From NCBI GenBank assembly GCA_048938105.1, contig JBHLMN010000008.1, positions 64,001 to 128,000 on the forward strand: a DNA stretch of 64,000 nt, read 5' to 3'. Every line of letters begins with the position of its first letter. Position 1 is the first letter of the stretch. The position numbers were made by a program, and so were the translations under genes. Under the pieces are notes generated by a model. It did no database searches. It had not been told where the DNA came from and was given only the letters and a program-made list of their open reading frames with translations. The DNA is from Promethearchaeota archaeon. GTDB lineage: Archaea; Asgardarchaeota; Heimdallarchaeia; Hodarchaeales; Hodarchaeaceae. Positions 38,805 to 48,213 of the stretch are shown one piece after another.

Positions 38805-39971
38805 TCATTCACCTTTCGATCCAAAAGCAATTGTGAGGACCTCAGTGATGTTCTCCCATTCTTGATCTATTTTTTCCCATGTACGGTAGTCTTGGAACAA
38901 TCTTTTTCGAAAAGGAAGGATCATTTGAGCCATTAAAGAAAGCTTTTCTTGAGTAGGATGCTCTAGGATTTTTCTTTCAACGTTCTTAAGTGATTCTTTC
39001 TCCCAATTTGGATATATTTCTCCAAGCTGTTCACCTAAGAATAAACCTAGCTCTAATCCCGTTAGAATTCCAGAGCCTCCCGAAGGAGTAACCTGTCCTG
39101 CAGCTTCCCCAATAATAAAACAATTGTTTGAATAGACTTTAGACACTGGCCCTCCCATAGGTATTGTTGTCTGGATTGTTTCATAGAATCTCGAAGTTTG
39201 GATTTTTTCTTTGATTATAGGACTGTGTAATACTTCTTCCCAAATTTCCCAATAACTTGGTAGTGGATCTGTGGAGACTTCTGGAAAAATAATAAACCCA
39301 AATTCAGCATTTTGGTGTCCATGAGGAAAAATAAAACTTGTACCTGCTACATTCAAATTAGTATCTGAGAAAAAGAGAAATTCCATATCATTCTCATTAT
39401 AATCACCGAAAAAATGCCCTCTAATAATTGGACAAAGAGGACCTGGTTGAGGTAATTGCTGACCTTGTGCTGTTAAGCTGTTCGCTCCTTCTGCTCCAAC
39501 CACTACTCGTGAAGTTAAAATTTTAGATGTGTTTTTTACCACATTTTTAGTAAATACTTGTAATCGCTCATCAGGTAATAGAACAAGATTGGTTGCTCTG
39601 GTGTTTACTCGAAGAAATACATCTTCCATTACAGATTGTTTGGCAAGCTCGGTTTGAAAAAGACGGAAGTCAATCCACACTCTGTCAATATTGTCTTCAA
39701 GATGGAATGCTTTTTTCCCCGAAGGAGAGTAATAATTTCTACCAAACGACTTAATCTCATTAACAAAAGCCTTAGTAGGGAGGTCTTTCGGGAAAATCTT
39801 TGTTAATAATTTCGGACGATAGTGAATGGATTGCCCTTTTATTTGATTCCCGATCGCTGGCTGTTGATCTAAAACTAATACTTTTTCCACACCCCTTCGT
39901 TTAGCTCCTAATGCTGTTGCTAGACCAGCAGGTCCAGCTCCAATTATGATTAAATCAAATTCATTTTTCAT
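38805..39971 (-). CDS. Geranylgeranyl reductase-family flavoprotein (divergent)
   Basis: IIIGAGPAG, VVGAEGANS, FIFP, IGEAAGQVTPSGGSGI. Confidence 0.8.
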   Translation of the reverse strand: MKNEFDLIIIGAGPAGLATALGAKRRGVEKVLVLDQQPAIGNQIKGQSIHYRPKLLTKIFPKDLPTKAFVNEIKSFGRNYYSPSGKKAFHLEDNIDRVWIDFRLFQTELAKQSVMEDVFLRVNTRATNLVLLPDERLQVFTKNVVKNTSKILTSRVVVGAEGANSLTAQGQQLPQPGPLCPIIRGHFFGDYNENDMEFLFFSDTNLNVAGTSFIFPHGHQNAEFGFIIFPEVSTDPLPSYWEIWEEVLHSPIIKEKIQTSRFYETIQTTIPMGGPVSKVYSNNCFIIGEAAGQVTPSGGSGILTGLELGLFLGEQLGEIYPNWEKESLKNVERKILEHPTQEKLSLMAQMILPFRKRLFQDYRTWEKIDQEWENITEVLTIAFGSKGE

Positions 39972-39989
39972 TTATATTCACTCATGAGT

Positions 39990-40079
39990 TTAAGCTCTTC
40001 AAAGGATTTCCACTGGTCTCTTACTTACCACTATTCGTGCAGGAATAACAGCTCCAAGCACACTAACAATAAGTATTGT
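39990..40079 (-). pseudogene. 3' remnant of an FtsX/MacB-type ABC permease
   Basis: Reads TILIVSVLGAVIPARIVVSKRPVEIL*RA*, resembling the FtsX C-terminal PA(R)xxxxxxPVEALR motif with a premature TGA. Confidence 0.65.
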
Positions 40080-40147
40080 TTTATACAAGTAAGTTTAAAG
40101 AATTTTCTTGTCTGTTGTGTAAATACTTTTATTAATTCATTGATTTT

Positions 40148-43100
40148 TTGAAGTACAAAACATTATTTAAACAAGTAATAAATATTAACCTCGTTATAGA
40201 ATCTTTCGCTGCAGGAATGATATTTATGGTAACTACTGACATAGAAATGAAACCCGCCGCTCTTAGTGGTCATTCAATCAAGTTAGATGAACTTGTTTCA
40301 AAATTAGATTCCAATCTTGAAAATGGGATTTCTCAAGAGTACGCTACAAAAAGACTTGAGGAAGTCGGTTTTAATGTTATTCCCAAACCTAAGCAGAGTT
40401 TTTGGCAAGTATACTTAGCTCCGTTGTTAAACACATTAATTGTTATCTATTTGATAATGACTGCTTTTATTCTTCTCTTGGCGCTCATTTATCTATTCAT
40501 TAATCCTGATGATACAAGTATATGGATCACTGCAGCCCAATGGATAGTGATTGTCGGTGTGAACTTCCTTATTGCTATTATTCAACAAGCAAGAGCTCAG
40601 AAAAAGATCGAAGCTCTTCATAAAATGGCTGCACCAGAAGCTCGTGTAATCAGGGATGGAAAAGAACACGAGATCCCAACTGAGGAAGTTGTACCAGGAG
40701 ACATTATCAAAATCGCCCAGGGTGATAAAATACCTGCAGATTCTCGTATCATAAAGTCAAGTTCTCTCCGTGTAAATGAATCGTCTTTAACTGGGGAAAG
40801 TGTTCCTGTAACAAAAGTGGAGTCGGGAGAACCTGTGTTTGCTGAAGATACACCTATTGGTGATCGAAAAAATATGCTATTTAACGGAACATTTGCAACA
40901 ATGGGTTCAGGCTTAGCATTAGTTGTTAATACGGGGGGAAATACAGAATTTGGAAAAATAAGTCTTGAATTAGAGCAATTAAACACAGGAGACATTCCAA
41001 TCCGTCAGAAAGTGAATGTCATTGGGAATTATTTAGCATTTGGTATGTTGGTTGTTTTTAGTATGCTAATTATTTATCAGGGAGCTGTGATTCTTGACAA
41101 ATTGAAATATGGAGAACTCAGCTTTGCCGAACCAGTTCTATTGATTGGTGAGATTATTTTCTCCCTTAGCAACATTATCATCAAAGCCATGAGCGTTGTC
41201 CCCATCAATATCCCTCTATTAACTACAATTATTTTGATTACTGGCGTTCTAGCTATGGCTAAACATCGGGTAATCATTCGAAATCTGGCTTCAATAGAAA
41301 GTTTAGGGAGAATTAGTGTTCTCTGTTCTGATAAGACAGGAACAATCACCGCTGGTCAGATGACTGTGAAACGGATTTGGGATGCTACCACAGGTAAGCA
41401 CTATTATGTCACTGGTTTAGGGTATTCTCCAGAAGGTAAGATAGTTGAATTAAAAGAAGATGATGATAAAATAGTTGAAAAAGATGCTAAAACTTATACT
41501 GAGTATACTGTTGAACTAGACTCGTCTTTAGGTATGTTGATAACATCTGGTATGTTAAATAACGATTCCGAAATCATAAAAGAATTTATTGAAGCAACAG
41601 GCCAATATGTGTATGATGGAACTGGAAGTCCAACCGAATCGGCCCTCTTAGCATTATTTAATAAAACAGGGATGGAAAAAAATAAGATAGAAGAAGAATT
41701 TGAGCTTTTAAGAGAGTATCCTTTTGACTCATCTTTAAAACGGATGAGTAAAGTCTTTAAAACCAAGAACGAGATCTTTGTGTTTTGTAAGGGAGCTACT
41801 GAAGTCCTTTTACCAAAATGCTCTTACATTGGATTTGGAAAGAATCGAGAAAAAATAACAAAAGAGCATAAGGATAAAATTATGGATTATATGGAAAAAT
41901 TTGCTGGCCAAGGTTATAGAATATTATCTTTTGCATATAGAAACATAGATAAACTTCCAATGAAGGGAGATGAGGAACGAGATGAAGTAGAAATCGATCT
42001 TTCATACCTCGGTTTTGTTACAGTACTAGATCCTCCTCGTGAACGTGTTGATGAATCAGTAAATGAAACATTGCAAGCTGGAATCATTCCAATTATGATC
42101 ACAGGCGATTCACCTCTGACTGCCTCCTCTATTGCTAATAATATTGGTATGGTATACTTGGAAGAACACCAAACACATGAGGGGAAAATGGCATCCCAAC
42201 TAGCGGATAGAGATTTCACAAACACACGGGTTTTTGCACGTGTGGCACCTCAAGACAAACAGATCATTGTTGCACGGTATCAACAGCAGCAGCGAGTTGT
42301 TGCTATGACAGGTGATGGAGTCAACGATGCACTCGCCCTTAGTATGGCAGATGCGGGGATAGCTATGGGAATTGCTGGTACAGAAGTAAGTAAGCAAGCA
42401 GCAGATCTTGTTATTGCTGATGACTCTTTTAACTCCATTGTAACAGGAATTAGAGAGGGACGTGCTCTCTTTCAAAGGATTCGTGTTATTATCTTTTTCT
42501 ACATATGTGCTAATTTAGCTGAAGCTGGTTGCTATATCGGTGCCTCCTTCATTTCAGGATTCATTCCAGGTTTTGAATTAATGGATCATCTCCAACGAGC
42601 CTATATTTTTGGTATTGCACACTCTTTTCCTCCTCTAGCATTGATCATTGATGGTATTCCCAAGGATATCATGGATAGAAAACCAATTGATACTGCTGGA
42701 ATATTTAACAAGAGATTAGCTTTAACATTATTATTAACTTCGATCAGTCTGGCTACCGTTATTTATATCGTTTACTTCATTACTTATTTTGCTTTCATCC
42801 CCGTGAATGAAGTTTTTGTTGAGGGATTTTACAGACCTATTTTCCAGACTGAGGTTGAAACCTACCCTGATGTCCCGAATTTAAGACCACAAAATTGGAA
42901 TCATGCTAAAGCACGGACATACATGCATACAATACTTTATATCGCTATTCCTCTAATTATTCTCTCAATTCGTAGAATTGACAAATCTCTCATACGAGCA
43001 ATCAAAGAAGACTCTTATTGGTATACATATGTTCTGGCGTTCTCAATCTTACCTTTACATCTAATCTTAATGTACATCAAGGAAATCCAGGAATTAATTG

Positions 43101-43237
43101 CTAGATTTGGAGTTTATGTTGACATTATTGCCCTTGATATCAGTGACTGGCTTTTATGTATCATTGCGGCACTCATTCCACTTTTAGTACTGGAAACAAC
43201 AAAATGGATTAATAGATTGAGAGGACAATATTACTAA
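40148..43237 (+). CDS. P-type ATPase with a P2-like scaffold and a non-canonical membrane site; start probably at 40217 or 40226
   Basis: PGD, PAD, LTGES, DKTGT, KGA, DPPR, MITGD, MTGDGVND; TM4 reads VVPINIP. Confidence 0.95.
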   Translation: MKYKTLFKQVININLVIESFAAGMIFMVTTDIEMKPAALSGHSIKLDELVSKLDSNLENGISQEYATKRLEEVGFNVIPKPKQSFWQVYLAPLLNTLIVIYLIMTAFILLLALIYLFINPDDTSIWITAAQWIVIVGVNFLIAIIQQARAQKKIEALHKMAAPEARVIRDGKEHEIPTEEVVPGDIIKIAQGDKIPADSRIIKSSSLRVNESSLTGESVPVTKVESGEPVFAEDTPIGDRKNMLFNGTFATMGSGLALVVNTGGNTEFGKISLELEQLNTGDIPIRQKVNVIGNYLAFGMLVVFSMLIIYQGAVILDKLKYGELSFAEPVLLIGEIIFSLSNIIIKAMSVVPINIPLLTTIILITGVLAMAKHRVIIRNLASIESLGRISVLCSDKTGTITAGQMTVKRIWDATTGKHYYVTGLGYSPEGKIVELKEDDDKIVEKDAKTYTEYTVELDSSLGMLITSGMLNNDSEIIKEFIEATGQYVYDGTGSPTESALLALFNKTGMEKNKIEEEFELLREYPFDSSLKRMSKVFKTKNEIFVFCKGATEVLLPKCSYIGFGKNREKITKEHKDKIMDYMEKFAGQGYRILSFAYRNIDKLPMKGDEERDEVEIDLSYLGFVTVLDPPRERVDESVNETLQAGIIPIMITGDSPLTASSIANNIGMVYLEEHQTHEGKMASQLADRDFTNTRVFARVAPQDKQIIVARYQQQQRVVAMTGDGVNDALALSMADAGIAMGIAGTEVSKQAADLVIADDSFNSIVTGIREGRALFQRIRVIIFFYICANLAEAGCYIGASFISGFIPGFELMDHLQRAYIFGIAHSFPPLALIIDGIPKDIMDRKPIDTAGIFNKRLALTLLLTSISLATVIYIVYFITYFAFIPVNEVFVEGFYRPIFQTEVETYPDVPNLRPQNWNHAKARTYMHTILYIAIPLIILSIRRIDKSLIRAIKEDSYWYTYVLAFSILPLHLILMYIKEIQELIARFGVYVDIIALDISDWLLCIIAALIPLLVLETTKWINRLRGQYY

Positions 43238-43321
43238 CTTTTTTTTACATATAAGTTTATCAAAGAAACCTCCTCATCTATTATAACATGTAAAAGACGT
43301 TAATTAGTAAACTATTTAGTA

Positions 43322-44698
43322 TTATAGCTCAATTTCAGCCTTAGAATTCTCTTTTCGCCAAAATCTTCTATAGTACCACCCTCCAGTTCGCTTTCCAATA
43401 GAAACTTCATTGATGTCGGAAATCCAATTTTTTTCTATTTCACGTGCTTCTTCAAAAGCTTTCTTCGATAATTGGAATAAAATATCTTTACGCTGGTCGA
43501 ATGGTTGGGAGGTAAGTTGAGATTTTGTTTCAGTAACTATTGCAATCCACTTCTGCTCATACTGTTCGATATCAGGATGAATTATTCGAATTCTTGTTTG
43601 GTAATCTTCAAGAATTAAACGATGGATTCGTTCATGCTGCCACCACATACTTTTTGGATCATACTTATTTTTTGGCCTTGGACCAATATCAGGAAGTCCT
43701 GCGTCGAGGAAAACAGGTTTAAAGAGGGAAGTACAAGGAGCTGCTGTTCCAGTAACCCAATGTGTTTGAAGATCTGAGTGGAGATGTGATACTAAAGATC
43801 CTGTTGTTTGACTTATCACAAAAATTGGCCTGCAATGAATACAAATGTTATCGAATGAGCTTTTTGAAGGATTCCAGTTATTAATCTTTTTAGGCTCTTT
43901 GATATTATGGTCTCGGAGTATAGCCATCATGAACGCTGTATCTATGCTCCCTTTTTTTTCAAGAAGCTTTTGAGTTGTGAATTTATGTCTCTTAAGTCCC
44001 TTTCCTCCCCAAGTTCTTATATCAGTTATTCTAGCGGTAAATGCCCTAGCAAAATGGAAATTTTTTCGTTTACTATAACCCTTTTTTACGGCATAAGTGA
44101 TGGCATCAGGATGAATACGATCGTATTTCTTTCCGATAGTGAGTGCGTTCGAAATAGTCCTAATATCCTCAACTTTCTCAACACACCAGAACCTATCTGC
44201 AGTCTCCAAGACCCATGCTTCATTGGGATCAGCAATAAGCCATGAATTATGATAACCTCCCTCAGAATAACCTGGACATGTATGATTCCCTCCTTGACCA
44301 TATTTTTCCAATAAATGTATGATTACATCTACAGCTTGGGTAGCAGTTTCAACTCTCTCTAGAGCCAAACGAATGAAATCCATCCCGAGTAATCCTTTAT
44401 CTTGTTCTGGTTCTTTAGTAAACACTGCTTCATTTCCGATGGTTACCCCATATTCATTTGCACCCATTTCACATCCATATATCCAGTAAGGGGAGGAGAG
44501 GAGTATAGCAAAGGTCTCTTCAACTTGAGGGATCTCCAAATTTGTTGTTTTCACAACTTCTTGGTCAGGATCATGTGTTTGACGAGGATAAAATTGAAGA
44601 TAATGGCTTTCATTCACTACTCTATCGGAATTTTTAGCCAGAAGTACACTTCCATCGGCAGTACTGTTTTTTAATGCTACTAATGTATCGCACAACAT
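43322..44698 (-). CDS. Peptidase C69 / secernin-like Ntn hydrolase
   Basis: N-terminal CDTLVA, AKNSDR, GCEMGANEYGVTIGNEAV, LLGMDFIRLALER. Confidence 0.9.
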   Translation of the reverse strand: MLCDTLVALKNSTADGSVLLAKNSDRVVNESHYLQFYPRQTHDPDQEVVKTTNLEIPQVEETFAILLSSPYWIYGCEMGANEYGVTIGNEAVFTKEPEQDKGLLGMDFIRLALERVETATQAVDVIIHLLEKYGQGGNHTCPGYSEGGYHNSWLIADPNEAWVLETADRFWCVEKVEDIRTISNALTIGKKYDRIHPDAITYAVKKGYSKRKNFHFARAFTARITDIRTWGGKGLKRHKFTTQKLLEKKGSIDTAFMMAILRDHNIKEPKKINNWNPSKSSFDNICIHCRPIFVISQTTGSLVSHLHSDLQTHWVTGTAAPCTSLFKPVFLDAGLPDIGPRPKNKYDPKSMWWQHERIHRLILEDYQTRIRIIHPDIEQYEQKWIAIVTETKSQLTSQPFDQRKDILFQLSKKAFEEAREIEKNWISDINEVSIGKRTGGWYYRRFWRKENSKAEIEL

Positions 44699-44867
44699 AT
44701 CTCACCAGAACTTTATATGATTATTAAGATAATTAGAATGTTTCTAACAGCCAATCTATTTGCAATACCGTGTATCACTACCTGTTAATAATTATTGGAA
44801 ATAAAAAGATAAATGTTGAATAAAAATACTGTTTTTTACTATAAAAAATATCTTATTGGTGTTTAGA

Positions 44868-44975
44868 ATGGAAAATTACTTGAAGGAATCTATTACATTA
44901 CTTTCAGAGCTAATTCAGAACAAATGCGTCAACCCTCCAAGTAATAAAATGAAATCGATTCAATCCATTCAATGA
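44868..44975 (+). pseudogene. 5' remnant of an M20-family (ArgE/DapE-like) metallopeptidase
   Basis: MENYLKESITLLSELIQNKCVNPPSNK...* resembles the M20 N-terminal LLxxLIxxxxVNPPGNE motif; preceded by GGTG; stops after 35 aa. Confidence 0.65.
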
Positions 44976-45148
44976 TTCTTATGATCCGAAAAACAAAGAA
45001 AATATAATTCATTCCACTCAGGCTGTTTTACACCTAGTTTGGGAGTCAGTGGCTCCATTTCAACATAATTCTTATGAAATTAATCAACCAAGAGCCCAAA
45101 CTGTAACTGTTATTCTGATAGGAAATCTTTAAGAAGATTTTCATTCTT

Positions 45149-45862
45149 TTGTGTTTCTACAGGAGAAATGTCATGAAAAAACTGAAATGTGTTTTCATTG
45201 ATATGGTTGATGATCGAAGGAGGAGAACATTAGGAGAAGAGGAGAATCTACCCCCGTATTCTACTTTCCAGGAGTATCCATTTAATAGCCACATTAGTAG
45301 TCGAGTAAAAGAGATTTTTGGTTGGACCACGGATTTAATGAAGGATACTTCTTTCGGTGAATATGAGATTAGCATTCATGTCATTACATTAGATTATCTC
45401 CAACGACATGGCATCACTCAACACTTCTATTCGCCTCATGGGCCTAAATATGATGATAAATATTCTTACCTACATGGTATGAATTTACTTACTTTAGAGG
45501 GTTATAATAGAAGCCATTTGATATACTCGATCAAGAGAATCCGTCACATCTTTCAAAAAAAACTAATTACGGCCAAAACAAAAAAGTCCCGTTCCATTAA
45601 GGTGAATGATTTAAGAAATTCATACGTTGTACCAGTTGATCGTCCCAGAGTCGGGATTTTAACACCACGCATAAACTTACATACATCATGGGTTCAAGAC
45701 TTAAATAATCTCTCAGAATTTAATATTATCTCCAGTGATATTCGTGATTTAGTACCAGATATATCTCCTGATAATTTTGTTGATTATTCTTTATCCCGAA
45801 GTTATAAGTATAATTTGGATGATTATAATCAAATATTTGATCAAATCCTTGAAACCATATAA
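45149..45862 (+). CDS. Hypothetical protein (orphan); start probably the ATG at 45173
   Basis: 237-aa ORF, AGGAG upstream of the internal ATG; no recognisable family. Confidence 0.55.
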   Translation: MCFYRRNVMKKLKCVFIDMVDDRRRRTLGEEENLPPYSTFQEYPFNSHISSRVKEIFGWTTDLMKDTSFGEYEISIHVITLDYLQRHGITQHFYSPHGPKYDDKYSYLHGMNLLTLEGYNRSHLIYSIKRIRHIFQKKLITAKTKKSRSIKVNDLRNSYVVPVDRPRVGILTPRINLHTSWVQDLNNLSEFNIISSDIRDLVPDISPDNFVDYSLSRSYKYNLDDYNQIFDQILETI

Positions 45863-45897
45863 TATATTATCTGACTGTATTACTCTCGATCTGATTG

Positions 45898-46584
45898 TTA
45901 CTTTTCGGGTTTAACACAAAGGATCTTAGATAAGTGGCTAGGAATCTTATATTCGGTGTTATTTATTTCTACGGAAACTCCTTCTGTATCCCTATCTTTA
46001 ACAACTATTTTTGTATCAATCTCATGAATCTGATATGATTCCAGTTCTTTAATGGTTTCTGTTGAATGACTGCTAATTCTAGTCAAGATAACTATGTTTC
46101 CAGTCGGGATATCGACCAAGTTTTGATCATCACAACCTAGATCCTCAACGTCTCCCATTGGAATTATGTCTCCAAATGGAGTTTTTTTATCTTTCAGTTT
46201 TTTAAAGATTATTTCAGCAAGACGATCCGATATCCCATGTTCTAAGTAACACGCCTGTTCATGAAGCTCACTAAATGGTACATCAAATATTTGATAAAGC
46301 ATTGCTTCGGCCAGTCTATGATTTCTTGCAATTCGTCGTGCAACTTGATATCCTAGTTTAGTCAAGAGGATCCCATCATACGGTGTATAATCAACATAGC
46401 CCCGAGGTTCTAATTTCCGCCGTACGATGTTTGTTAATTGGGTTTTAGCAATATCTTGGTCTAATTTATCTAAAATCTCTCCCATCTTTATCCGTTGTTT
46501 CATCTCTTTGTTAATAGTAATATCAAAAAGAACTTCCATTATCTCTTCTTCAATGTTCCTAAGATCAAATTTTTTTTCATGCAT
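45898..46584 (-). CDS. DtxR/MntR-family metal-dependent repressor with a C-terminal FeoA-like domain
   Basis: GYVDYTPYDGILLTKLG, RNHRLAE, HEQACYLEHGIS, TPFGDIIP. Confidence 0.9.
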   Translation of the reverse strand: MHEKKFDLRNIEEEIMEVLFDITINKEMKQRIKMGEILDKLDQDIAKTQLTNIVRRKLEPRGYVDYTPYDGILLTKLGYQVARRIARNHRLAEAMLYQIFDVPFSELHEQACYLEHGISDRLAEIIFKKLKDKKTPFGDIIPMGDVEDLGCDDQNLVDIPTGNIVILTRISSHSTETIKELESYQIHEIDTKIVVKDRDTEGVSVEINNTEYKIPSHLSKILCVKPEK

Positions 46585-46694
46585 TTGAACATACCTGATC
46601 CTTTAATTAAGGATGAAAGGTTATATATAAAATGGTTTATCCTTTTTAATTCTTTATTCTCAAAGTTATTTTGTTGATCGTAGAAAAATCTAAG

Positions 46695-46720
46695 TATAAT
46701 ACTTTAAACGAAGTATTATA
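46695..46720. promoter_or_regulatory. Perfect 10-bp inverted repeat TATAATACTT-N6-AAGTATTATA
   Basis: Lies in the divergent gap between the DtxR-like and acyltransferase genes; AT-rich, so it may be chance. Confidence 0.4.
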
Positions 46721-46735
46721 TTTTGTCTTCTTTTT

Positions 46736-47485
46736 TTGTCACTCATGTCATTATTTACTCATATTCGCATTATAACATATTTCATTTTTACTATTCTCGT
46801 TCTTATTATATCTTTCTTCCCTGAAGGATGGTTAATCTATTATCTAATAACAACGCCAGAACTTGATGAAATATACTACCTTTTGTCCCCTCTGTACCTC
46901 TTTATAGCCTACTGCGGAACAGTTTTTTTCTTCGGTGTTGTGCATTCTCAATTCGTTGTGCGACTCCTACTCCCCTACCAGATAAAACCAGGTAAATATC
47001 CACATCACTCTTCAATGGGACGATTGGTAGCTGTAAGGATAACAGCAGATGGTATTTTCAAATCCATGTTAAAGGTGTTTACCTTCATTCCTTTTATTTG
47101 GGGGATCTTCCTCTTTCCCTATGGTTTAAGGTTATACGGACTTAAATGTGGTAAAAACGTCCACATTGCTACAAGGACATACATTGAAACCGGTGGTTTA
47201 GTTGAGATTGGTGATAATTCGTTTATCGGGTATAATAGTGTAGTAACAGGACATGCTAATGAAGATCGTGCTATTGTTGTCGATCCTACAAAAATCGGTA
47301 AAAATTGCTTAGTAGGGACTTATTCAATAGTTGCTTGTGGTTGTGAACTTGGAGATGGTAGTACTTTAGGAGGGATGAGTGGTATGCTAAAAGGGCAAAA
47401 AATCCCACCTAATGAAATCTGGATTGGTATTCCTGCAAAATATCTTAGAAAACGTGGTGAAAAAGAAACCACTGTCACCGAGTAA
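46736..47485 (+). CDS. Membrane-anchored hexapeptide-repeat (left-handed beta-helix) acyltransferase-like protein
   Basis: GLKCGKNVHI, EIGDNSFIG, KIGKNCLVG, WIGIPAK; N-terminal TM segments. Confidence 0.8.
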   Translation: MSLMSLFTHIRIITYFIFTILVLIISFFPEGWLIYYLITTPELDEIYYLLSPLYLFIAYCGTVFFFGVVHSQFVVRLLLPYQIKPGKYPHHSSMGRLVAVRITADGIFKSMLKVFTFIPFIWGIFLFPYGLRLYGLKCGKNVHIATRTYIETGGLVEIGDNSFIGYNSVVTGHANEDRAIVVDPTKIGKNCLVGTYSIVACGCELGDGSTLGGMSGMLKGQKIPPNEIWIGIPAKYLRKRGEKETTVTE

Positions 47486-47509
47486 GCTTTTCTTCATTTA
47501 ATCGTTAAT

Positions 47510-48184
47510 TTATTCCCAATTAGGATTGAATCTTCTTTTCTTGCTTATTGACACACCATATTTCAGAAGTCCCACGGTAATAAACAATGCACAAATAACT
47601 CCATCTAGGACGGGAACGTTAAGTTTTTCCTGAAGATATTTGTCTAAACCAGTCATTCCTGCGCAACCCAAGACAATCACTTCTGCCATGTCTTCATAAA
47701 TAGCAAGTTTTGCCACCTTTAGATATTTTTCTTCTTCGTTAAATTTAGCCATATTCTTATCAGGTGCTCTTATTGAAGCTAAAACATCCTGAAGATGATA
47801 TTTTCTTACTAATTCTTCTTTGATAGGGATAGAATGTTTAGATGTGGATACAACAGAGAAACGATGACCAAGCATGGAAGCTATTTTCATTGAAGCTTCT
47901 CCAATTCCTACAACTGGTTTATTAGTGAGCTCTTTTATAACATCGAGGTTAGGGTCATCATGACATGCTACAATATAAGCATCATATTGTATATTTTCTT
48001 TAACTAATTGCATCATTCCTGAAGCTGCTTTAAGTTCGTCCTCATACGTTTCAATGAATTTAGGAGCCCCAGGTGTAAGCTTGCAGGTCACCTCGATATT
48101 TTCATATATAAAATCCTCTGCTGTTTTCTGGATCGCCTCAGTCATTACTGGATCGCTATTTGGATTGATAATTAGTATTTTCAT
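47510..48184 (-). CDS. Hydantoin/allantoin racemase
   Basis: KILIINPNS, IVACHDDP, PVVGIGEA, IVLGCAGM, PVLDG (two catalytic Cys). Confidence 0.9.
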   Translation of the reverse strand: MKILIINPNSDPVMTEAIQKTAEDFIYENIEVTCKLTPGAPKFIETYEDELKAASGMMQLVKENIQYDAYIVACHDDPNLDVIKELTNKPVVGIGEASMKIASMLGHRFSVVSTSKHSIPIKEELVRKYHLQDVLASIRAPDKNMAKFNEEEKYLKVAKLAIYEDMAEVIVLGCAGMTGLDKYLQEKLNVPVLDGVICALFITVGLLKYGVSISKKRRFNPNWE

Positions 48185-48213
48185 AAAGACACTTCTCAGT
48201 TAAAACCTTCTTT

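Noticed and set aside
38805-39971. Canonical DGGGPL reductase
   Set aside because: The PxxYxWxFP motif is degenerate (AGTSFIFP), so only a family-level call is justified.
40148-43237. Calling the ATPase either a Ca2+ pump or a true P4 flippase
   Set aside because: The Ca2+ ligands in TM4, TM6 and TM8 are missing, but the P4 hallmarks DGET and the TM5 Lys are also absent. The substrate is left open.
46598-46614. ATCCTT-N5-AAGGAT palindrome upstream of the DtxR-like gene
   Set aside because: Short, single copy and unlike known DtxR boxes; it could be chance.
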